Assembly: GCA_965222235.1 (NCBI GenBank)
Contig: OZ244939.1
Span: 7,924-71,923, forward strand
Source: Minisyncoccota bacterium
GTDB lineage: Bacteria; Patescibacteriota; Minisyncoccia; Phycocordibacterales; JABAAK01
Direction: 5' to 3'
DNA length: 64,000 bases
Each line of letters starts with the position of its first letter. Positions within the stretch are counted from its first letter, which is position 1. Below are positions 1 to 7,052 of this stretch, in pieces. The translations under genes were made by a program, and so were the position numbers. The notes below the pieces were generated by a model. That model was not told the origin of the DNA, ran no database searches, and saw only the letters and a list, made by a program, of their open reading frames with translations.

Positions 1-775
1 GTTCGCCGTTTACGGTTACATAATTATATGATCCGTTGGCACGCAGGGCGCAAGAAAATGGATGTATGCCGATGTTTCCACCTTTATTCTCATGCAGAAT
101 AACCGGGCGAGAAATAATTTTTTTCTTTTGCTCCTTAAGCTTCCGTTTAATTTTTGAGCGAAAGTAATCACTCAAAAAATGTTTCTGCTCAACACTTTCT
201 TCCGTTTCCAAAATATCGGAAAGTGTCTTTATTTTTAACCCTTTCATAGGAAAAGTAAATGGATAGTTTTCCTTAAAACCAACTATAATAATCCGTTCTC
301 TTTTCTGCGGAACACCAAAATTAAGACCATTGAGTATTTTATAATGGACAAAATATCCTAAATCTTCCAAATGTTCTAAAATAATCTGAAATGTTCTTCC
401 TTTATCGTGAGTTGTCAACTGTTTTACATTCTCTAATAAAAATGCTTTTGGCTGCTTCTCTTTTAATATCCGTTCCAAATCAAAAAACAATGTTCCCCGT
501 GTATCAGCAAAACCCATTTTACTCCCAATGATGCTGAACGCTTGACAGGGGAACCCGCCAGTCAAAATATCGTGGTCCGGCACATCCTTGGCAGATAACT
601 TTGTTATATCACCGAACGGTTTTTCGCCGAAGTTTGCCTCATACATTTCCTGACATCGTTCATCCCACTCAGACGAAAAAATACACCTGCCGCCCGCCCG
701 TTCAAAGGCAATTCGTACACCACCAATGCCGGCGAATAAATCTATAAATTTAAAATTTCTTTCTTTTTTTTCTGT
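1..775 (-). CDS. DNA (cytosine-5)-methyltransferase, partial. The N-terminal part lies in the window and the C-terminus runs off the 5' edge.
   Basis: Reverse-complement translation from the ATG at 775 gives MTEKKERNFKFIDLFAGIGGVRIAFERAGG, which is C5-MTase motif I (FxGxGG). Further in are GGFPCQAFSIIGSKMGFADTRGTLFF (motifs IV-V, the PCQ catalytic Cys) and FLLENVK (motif VI, ENV). The gene is absent from the ORF track because it runs off the window edge. Confidence 0.85.
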
Positions 776-849
776 CATAAATTTAACCTCTATATATTGC
801 AATTATAACAGAGGAAAAGTGCATTTAGAACATGCACGCCCATATGGTA

Positions 850-1254
850 TTATTTTTGAAACCAGCGGGAAAAGATAGACCATAGACGGTGGGAAACAGG
901 TCGCACATTTATTTGTTTTTTCTCAGAATAGGGTTTCGCTTTTCGCAGCGCATCTTTTTCTCTGTTTTCCTCAATCTGTTCCTTTGTCCACCTTGGCACA
1001 AACCTAATTGTGTTATTCTCTATCCAATAATGTGATTGGCAAGGAAAGCTCCAATTTCCTATTGAAGGAAATAATGATATTGTTTCTCCATTAAATACTA
1101 ACTGCCAATCTGTTGGTGAAAACGGTGTAATCACTTTATTTCCGCATCCACAACAACATTTATGAATCGCAGTTCTGTAGTCACAGGATATATACAATGT
1201 ATTGTCATCAACGGCAATCGGAATGTTTTTTATAAACTTATATTTCAGTTTCAT
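850..1254 (-). CDS. Small Cys-rich, probably Zn-binding protein of unknown function. It is the third gene of the Ubl/E1-like operon.
   Basis: 134-aa ORF with a cysteine cluster (CDY...HKCCCGCGNK) and FPCQSHYW. Its start overlaps the stop of the E1-like gene by 17 nt, with the same strand and the same low GC. I faintly recall a DUF (DUF6527-like) with a CxCGCG motif linked to E1/E2 operons, but I cannot verify this. Confidence 0.5.
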   Translation of the reverse strand: MKLKYKFIKNIPIAVDDNTLYISCDYRTAIHKCCCGCGNKVITPFSPTDWQLVFNGETISLFPSIGNWSFPCQSHYWIENNTIRFVPRWTKEQIEENREKDALRKAKPYSEKKQINVRPVSHRLWSIFSRWFQK

Positions 1255-2422
1255 TTTTTATCTTGTTTACTATCTTATTCATACTTATATCATATAACGA
1301 TTCGTATTCGTCTATTTGATTACAATAAAATCCGCACATCTTCTTCCACTTTACGACGGCAAGTGCTGCATTAAGTGCATTTATCTCGGCAATCTGAATC
1401 CCTCCATTATACTCATCATCCCTCGCTTCCTCAAAAGAGATATTTTCAAAATAGTGATTGCTCTTGTCCGCTATTGCTGTAGTCCTTACAATTCCTTTGA
1501 GTGACATATCAATTTTATCTATGCCCATCCCCACATCAATACATGGAATTGAAATTTCTTTTAATTTTTGAATGACTTGCTTTTTTGTGCTACCAATGTC
1601 AATACAGAGAAATATAAAATCCATTTTTAACACATCCTCCATCGTTTCACCCGTTACACTTCTCTGATGCGGAACAACACCTCTTCTCATTTTTGAGTAT
1701 TCTTTGTGAAGATGTTCAACCTTTGTTATTTTTTCACCATCAAGTACCCCAAATGCGCTACTACCTGGCATACGAAAAGCGTTATGTTGTAACAATTCGT
1801 CATCATCAAAAAGATGAATCTCTTTCACATGTGTTTTAGATACAAAATCCAATACATACGATCCCGTTCCGCCCAGTCCAACAATACCAATTTTCATATC
1901 CTTTAATTTTTCAGATATCAATACTATTTCTGACCGACTGGAATTTGTATCGGTATAGAAAAAAACAGGATCATCTTCACCCCCTTTGATTGATCTATAA
2001 GTTTTTGCAGTAACAGACGAATCCATCGCTTGTGCTTGATGCTCAATAATTTGCACATATGCCGTTATTTTTTCATAGTAATCTGAATATCCATTTGGTG
2101 GTTTGCTTGAGAAGATGTGATTGACTGTTAGCTCACTTGTCAGCATATTTTCTCCACTTGAATGTCTTATGCTTTCAATGGGGGAACCATTGGCATTGCA
2201 GGGATATTCGCCACAAAAATGAACCGTATGATCTTCAGGTTTCGTCGTTATATCTCCCGACAATTCAAGAGAAGATATCAACATACCTTGTGCAATTTCT
2301 TTCCTCTCATTTACATATGGAATATCAGATACACACAGAAACCCTTCTCTTATCTCAATGTTGTACCCATTATCTCGCAGCTTTTTTAAATCAGGGCTAT
2401 GACTTATCAGTTTTTGTGACAT
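1238..2422 (-). CDS. E1-like ThiF/MoeB-family adenylyltransferase with an N-terminal extension of about 165 aa (candidate fused E2-like domain).
   Basis: Rossmann nucleotide-binding motif KIGIVGLGGTGSYVLDF, followed by an acidic patch (FDDDELLQHNAFR) typical of ThiF/E1 adenylation domains. The N-terminal domain contains HTVHFCGEYPC with candidate catalytic Cys residues. It overlaps the upstream Ubl gene by 26 nt and the downstream Cys-rich gene by 17 nt. Confidence 0.75.
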   Translation of the reverse strand: MSQKLISHSPDLKKLRDNGYNIEIREGFLCVSDIPYVNERKEIAQGMLISSLELSGDITTKPEDHTVHFCGEYPCNANGSPIESIRHSSGENMLTSELTVNHIFSSKPPNGYSDYYEKITAYVQIIEHQAQAMDSSVTAKTYRSIKGGEDDPVFFYTDTNSSRSEIVLISEKLKDMKIGIVGLGGTGSYVLDFVSKTHVKEIHLFDDDELLQHNAFRMPGSSAFGVLDGEKITKVEHLHKEYSKMRRGVVPHQRSVTGETMEDVLKMDFIFLCIDIGSTKKQVIQKLKEISIPCIDVGMGIDKIDMSLKGIVRTTAIADKSNHYFENISFEEARDDEYNGGIQIAEINALNAALAVVKWKKMCGFYCNQIDEYESLYDISMNKIVNKIKNETEI

Positions 2423-2894
2423 TAAAAATCATTCTATTTTGAACCTTCACAGTTTTTCCTTTTATGAGCGACATTCCTTCCGATGATGAATCGTTATAAT
2501 AGACGATAGTGTAAGAAATATCAGGGTTATCATCAATATAAAGAGCACTAACAGATAGATTGATGACCTCTTCATAAGAAATCATTTCTTTGTTCCAATC
2601 TTTTTCCTGTGTATCTACGATTATCGTATAACTATGCTTACCATCATCGGGTTCTATGACAAATGTATCACCCTCTTTAACATCCACCAAATCACCCAAC
2701 GAACCGATACCAGCATTTTTGCTGTATATCACTTTCTTATCGCCACTGTCTGTAATTCTCAAAAGTTTAAAATTTTCAAGGTGTCCCTCTGGTTTTTCAC
2801 CTGCTATGAGAATGTGTTGTACAGAAACAACACTCTTGCCATCTTGCCTAACTTCACGCGGAACTCCGTCAATAATTATCTTTATTGTATCCAT
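2397..2894 (-). CDS. Tandem beta-grasp (ubiquitin-like) 'multi-ubiquitin'-type protein. It is the first gene of the Ubl/E1 operon.
   Basis: 165 aa with two repeats of about 80 aa, each showing a beta-grasp-like pattern (KIIIDGVPREV...GDTFVIEPDDG and YTIIVDTQEKDW...YTIVYYNDSS). It is tightly coupled to the E1-like gene. No C-terminal Gly-Gly is present (the protein ends ...VTKTDKS), which argues against classical conjugation without processing. Confidence 0.55.
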   Translation of the reverse strand: MDTIKIIIDGVPREVRQDGKSVVSVQHILIAGEKPEGHLENFKLLRITDSGDKKVIYSKNAGIGSLGDLVDVKEGDTFVIEPDDGKHSYTIIVDTQEKDWNKEMISYEEVINLSVSALYIDDNPDISYTIVYYNDSSSEGMSLIKGKTVKVQNRMIFNVTKTDKS

Positions 2895-2960
2895 ATCTTT
2901 ATTTTAACACGCACAACAAAAATGTGCAAATGTATTGAACCTAAGTTCAAACAAATAATA

Positions 2961-4079
2961 GAACACCTGTCATATACCAAGTAATACTGGAGACATATGA
3001 CAAAAGCAAAGAAAAAGAGACGGGAACCGTTCACCCGTCTGAATATTCATGAACGGAGTAGTATTGAAGTGAGATACTGTGCTGACAAGAGATCCCTGCG
3101 GGAGATAGCGAAAGAGTTGGGCAGGTCACCGGGAACCATACATCGGGAAATAGGGGGAAAACCGAGAAAAGGAGTCGGACGGTACTGCGCGCTGAGGGCA
3201 CAGCGGGAAGCAGAGAAAAGGATACACACCCGGGGGAGGAAAGGAGTGCTGACCGACAGAGCACTCCTTGGGTATGTGCGGGAGAAGATGGAGGAAGGAT
3301 GGTCTCCCGAGCAGGTGAGTATTCGTCTTCCCCGGGAGTTTCCGGAGGACACAACCATGCGGGTATCTCATGAGACGATATATACCTTCATATATGCGCA
3401 GATTCACCAAAGCGGACACGGTATCGTGAAACCGGGGTATCTAGACTTACGGTCTCTTCTGCCGAGAAGAAGGAAGAGACGCATACGGCAAGGAGTGAGA
3501 AACACACAGAAAACAGAACGAAGAGCGGCCTTGCCCTCCATAGAGGAGAGACCGGGGATAGAGGGGGTAATCGGTCATTGGGAAGGTGACACCATGCTCT
3601 CAAGGAAAAGCAGCGTTAGGGTAAAGAGTATGAATGAAAAGATGACCGGTCTGGCATTCTTTGAGAAAACAAAAGACGGTACCGCTGAGTCCTGTGACGC
3701 GGCAATCATCAGACGAATGCGCGCTGTCCCTCCGAGATACCGCAAGACCCTCACCCAGGACAGAGGGGCGGAGAATAGGGGGTACCGCACCGTTGAAAAA
3801 GAACTCAGTCTCTCCTGCTACTTCGCCCATCCGTACTGCTCTCATGAAAGAGGATCAAACGAGAACACCAACGGATTGTTCCGTCGGTGTTTCCCGAAGG
3901 GGACTGACTTTGACAAAAGCAATGACCGTGACATTGCCAAGGTTGAGTACCTATTGAATACCCGTCCCAGGAAACGCCTTACTGGTCTGACCCCTTACGA
4001 GGTATTCTACCGCATGACCGGTGTCAATCTCCAGAGGATGGCATATTACAAACTGACAGGTGTTCAATTAGAAGTTTGA
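2961..4079 (+). mobile_element. IS30-family insertion sequence. The terminal inverted repeats begin at 2961 and end at 4065, and the transposase ORF runs 14 nt beyond the right repeat.
   Basis: The 12-bp perfect inverted repeat gaacacctgtca at 2961-2972 matches tgacaggtgttc at 4054-4065, with imperfect extension to about 25 bp. A single 360-aa DDE transposase lies inside. The element's GC content is much higher than the flanking AT-rich island. Confidence 0.8.
2997..4079 (+). CDS. IS30-family DDE transposase.
   Basis: N-terminal HTH region, then the catalytic core with GHWEGDTM, DRGAEN and HPYCSHERGSNENTNGLFRR motifs characteristic of IS30 transposases. The stop codon is TGA. Confidence 0.9.
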   Translation: MTKAKKKRREPFTRLNIHERSSIEVRYCADKRSLREIAKELGRSPGTIHREIGGKPRKGVGRYCALRAQREAEKRIHTRGRKGVLTDRALLGYVREKMEEGWSPEQVSIRLPREFPEDTTMRVSHETIYTFIYAQIHQSGHGIVKPGYLDLRSLLPRRRKRRIRQGVRNTQKTERRAALPSIEERPGIEGVIGHWEGDTMLSRKSSVRVKSMNEKMTGLAFFEKTKDGTAESCDAAIIRRMRAVPPRYRKTLTQDRGAENRGYRTVEKELSLSCYFAHPYCSHERGSNENTNGLFRRCFPKGTDFDKSNDRDIAKVEYLLNTRPRKRLTGLTPYEVFYRMTGVNLQRMAYYKLTGVQLEV

Positions 4080-4098
4080 ATGTAGGCTCTCGCCGGAG

Positions 4099-4431
4099 GT
4101 GTATAGCAAAGGAGGTGGAGTAAGATTCTATACTAGTGAACCACGCCCGGGAAATTGCGCCTCGGGCTGGACAAGTGGGAGACTGTATAAAAATGTCCGA
4201 ATTGAAAACGCAGCCATGATTGATGAAGTTGTCATTCTTGTTGACGGAAAAGAAAATCGCTATCACCTCGAGAAAGAAGAGAGAAGAAACCGGTATGAGA
4301 ATGATGATGATAGTGGATATGTTTATGGAGAACCTTATCTTTTCTATCCTGCTCTCCGGGAGATAGAAGTGGTGAATATAGAACTGCATCATGATGGTCG
4401 TTTCCCCTTTAACCCACACGGTTTACGATGA
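4099..4431 (+). CDS. Hypothetical protein of 110 aa.
   Basis: ORF only, with no recognisable motif. It lies between the IS30 element and the methyltransferase. Confidence 0.3.
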   Translation: MYSKGGGVRFYTSEPRPGNCASGWTSGRLYKNVRIENAAMIDEVVILVDGKENRYHLEKEERRNRYENDDDSGYVYGEPYLFYPALREIEVVNIELHHDGRFPFNPHGLR

Positions 4432-4519
4432 GGATGTGGGGATATCCGCTCTTTCAAGTTATACACATCTTTTTTGATTTTAGTTGTTGAAAAAAATAAT
4501 ATGATATTATTTTACTTGT

Positions 4520-5185
4520 ATGCACAATAAAATAACACCGTTAACAAATAAGTTTCAGATTGTGGTGGCACTCGTTATTATTTCTTCACTATTTATTACT
4601 TCTTTCCACATCCCTACCTACGCGCAAGGATCAGGAAATGACGATTTGCTTGATCCGGGTCAATCCGGCTCCACAACCGACGATGACTCAGCTGATACCA
4701 ATGAAACCCCGAGCGGTCTATGGATGGATGATGACGGGATACTGTGGATTGGCACAGAGCAGGCGCCGTGGATTGATGACGAGGGTGTCAGAGAACAATA
4801 CATTCCCATCACCGCTGATGATGCCGATCAAATTGCTGAAGAAAAAGCACAGCAGGAAGAAGAAGATCAGGAAAGGAGAGAGGCAGAAAAGGCAGAAAGG
4901 AAAAAGCGGGATCAACGGGAAATTGATCAAGAAAATGACGGTGGAAACAAGAAACCTCCCTACGCCTTGGGTCAAATCCTTATCCAATATGACGATTCGT
5001 TGTTCCAAGCGCGGACCAACGAGCTCGCAAGCAGTACTGTTGTGGTTCCCGGAGGATTGCTTGATAATACTGAGTCCGCACCCGCACCGGTCGGTGTTGC
5101 CAATGAATTTCTGACAGCAAACGGCGTGGAAGCTCCAATAGTGGAGGAGCGCATAGAATCATTGAGTGTGGAATTGGTGGACTGA
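4520..5185 (+). CDS. Hypothetical secreted or membrane-anchored acidic protein.
   Basis: N-terminal hydrophobic segment (IVVALVIISSLFITSF), a highly acidic Asp/Glu-rich middle, and a charged EEKAQQEEEDQERREAEKAERKKRDQRE stretch. No catalytic motif was recognised. Confidence 0.45.
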   Translation: MHNKITPLTNKFQIVVALVIISSLFITSFHIPTYAQGSGNDDLLDPGQSGSTTDDDSADTNETPSGLWMDDDGILWIGTEQAPWIDDEGVREQYIPITADDADQIAEEKAQQEEEDQERREAEKAERKKRDQREIDQENDGGNKKPPYALGQILIQYDDSLFQARTNELASSTVVVPGGLLDNTESAPAPVGVANEFLTANGVEAPIVEERIESLSVELVD

Positions 5186-5192
5186 GTAAAAT

Positions 5193-5936
5193 TTGCACAA
5201 AAAAGAGTTTTTAAATGCTATTATTTGTGGTGATGTGCTGGAGATTATGAAGCAAATGCCAGACGAATCAATTGATTTGGTGGTTACGTCACCACCATAT
5301 AATATTAAAAATTCTACAGGTAACGGATTGAAAAACGGGAATGGTGGAAAATGGGCGAATGCTGAATTGCAAAATGGCTATTCACATTATGACGATTGTA
5401 TGCCACATGATGCATATGTGGCGTGGCAGCGAGATTGTTTGAAAGAGATGATGCGCCTTATCCCTGAACACGGTGCAATTTTTTACAACCACAAATGGAG
5501 AGTGCAGAAAGGATTGTTGCAGGATCGACAAGATATTGTTGAAGGATTTCCGGTGCGTCAGGTAATTATTTGGAAGAGAAAGGGCGGTTTTAATTTTAAC
5601 CCTGGATATTTTTTACCCACGTATGAAGTTATTTATTTAATTGCTAGGCCAGCATTTAAATTGCGACCAAAAGCAAATGCTTGTGGTGATGTGTGGGAAT
5701 TCACACAGGAGATGAGTAATCCTCATCCTGCTGCATTTCCGATTGATTTGATAGACCGCATCATTTCTTCAACTGATGCAGGAATTGTTTTGGATCCATT
5801 CATGGGTTCGGGTACTGTCGCGGTGTCAGCTGCTAATTTGAAACGAAAATATGTTGGCATTGATATTTCTCCTGAATATTGTATGTTGGCTGAACAAAGA
5901 GTGCAGCAGTGTCAATCTCAACCAAAACTAATGTAA
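5193..5936 (+). CDS. DNA methyltransferase, beta-class amino-MTase, probably N4-cytosine (N4/N6 methylase family).
   Basis: Motif IV DLVVTSPPY (SPPY) lies N-terminal to motif I (LDPFMGSGTVAV). This is the beta-class order, as in M.PvuII-like enzymes. Confidence 0.85.
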   Translation: MHKKEFLNAIICGDVLEIMKQMPDESIDLVVTSPPYNIKNSTGNGLKNGNGGKWANAELQNGYSHYDDCMPHDAYVAWQRDCLKEMMRLIPEHGAIFYNHKWRVQKGLLQDRQDIVEGFPVRQVIIWKRKGGFNFNPGYFLPTYEVIYLIARPAFKLRPKANACGDVWEFTQEMSNPHPAAFPIDLIDRIISSTDAGIVLDPFMGSGTVAVSAANLKRKYVGIDISPEYCMLAEQRVQQCQSQPKLM

Positions 5937-6087
5937 TATAATGGCTGCAAAGAAATCAAAAATATACACCAAGGAAGAGTTAGTGCAAAAATTAAAAGAA
6001 ATTTCGGCCATGGGATGGGTTCCTAATACACGACATGGTAATGACGGTGGTATCGGTAACACCCTTGAAGACTTGCTCGGTTAGGTA

Positions 6088-6654
6088 CTATGCCCGCTTG
6101 GTGCGACGTCGCCATAGTATGACCACACCGCAACACACCAGTATCAGTGTCATAAGCTTGACTACGCTGTACCTGTACAACGGTTGTTCAGTAGCAGTTG
6201 GTGTAGTGGTCGGTAGAGTTGGGGTGGCATAATTGTTAAGATGTGCCGCTATATCACCTTCCCAACCGGTGGATGGGTGCATGCATATACCGGTCCTTAA
6301 TGTACCGTTATCCTCACGGGCAAACACGACATACTCCTGATTTTCTTCAAAGTGTGCTCCGCATGCGGTACCTTCTGATGGTGTCTCCACAGTAAGCTGA
6401 TTTTTTACCGATCCCTTCCATACCTGAGAAACATCAAACAAAACAGTGATATCACCATACAGTATCTGTTTCTTCGTACCTACGACCCGTCCCATAAAAA
6501 TGGTATCAGTCGTTTCAAAGCTCTCCTGTAAAGATTGCGAACTGCATGAGCAGGCATGTGCAGTCGGCGTTGTATACATAAAAAGAATGAGTGGTATACA
6601 GATACATAGAAAAATAAAAAGTGCTGCCGGCATGTTGATGATTTGTGTAATCAT
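6088..6654 (-). CDS. Secreted TIMP-like (NTR/OB-fold) protein with a Pro/Thr linker and a C-terminal transmembrane anchor.
   Basis: Signal peptide ending ...TPTAHA, then the mature N-terminus CSCSSQSL, which matches the TIMP N-terminal CSC signature. Further resemblance to the TIMP-2 N-domain: SFETTDTIFMGRVVG versus AFCNADVVIRAKAVS, and EGTACGAHFEENQEYVVFAREDNGTLRTGICMHPSTGW versus [40 protein letters not shown]. The C-terminus has LPTTTPTATEQP followed by a hydrophobic helix and an RRRTKRA tail. Confidence 0.6.
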   Translation of the reverse strand: MITQIINMPAALFIFLCICIPLILFMYTTPTAHACSCSSQSLQESFETTDTIFMGRVVGTKKQILYGDITVLFDVSQVWKGSVKNQLTVETPSEGTACGAHFEENQEYVVFAREDNGTLRTGICMHPSTGWEGDIAAHLNNYATPTLPTTTPTATEQPLYRYSVVKLMTLILVCCGVVILWRRRTKRA

Positions 6655-6716
6655 ATTTTTAGTAATGTATCAGATTTCATTATCATTAGTATATATCAAG
6701 GAAAATATAGCCTTTG

Positions 6717-6989
6717 CTACCTGAAAAGCCCCAGCAGCCTCGTCTTGTACAGGGATTCCAACAAATCGGATCCCGCGTAGCCGGCGAGTAACGACATTCT
6801 CCAATCTCCTTCGGCAAAAACGGAGGCAATGGCCCCGGAAACGGCGGCGACCAGCAGTGACAGAAGCAGTTTTCCGGGGTGCAGGGGTTCTCCCGCCGCC
6901 CGCTTGGAGATACCCACCAACCCCCGCACCATACCCCCGGCAATACCGGGCAGCAGCATCAATGCTACGGACATGAAATCAACGGGCAT
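6717..6989 (-). CDS. Small two-transmembrane membrane protein, possibly holin-like. Function unknown.
   Basis: 90 aa with two hydrophobic helices (LLPGIAGGMVRGLVGI and LLLSLLVAAVSGAIASVF). An alternative overlapping ORF at 6686..6943 in another frame is less membrane-like. Confidence 0.3.
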   Translation of the reverse strand: MPVDFMSVALMLLPGIAGGMVRGLVGISKRAAGEPLHPGKLLLSLLVAAVSGAIASVFAEGDWRMSLLAGYAGSDLLESLYKTRLLGLFR

Positions 6990-7052
6990 ATGTAAACAGT
7001 GTAGTGTATATTTTCGGCATGAACCCGTTCTTGATATATACTAATCATATAT

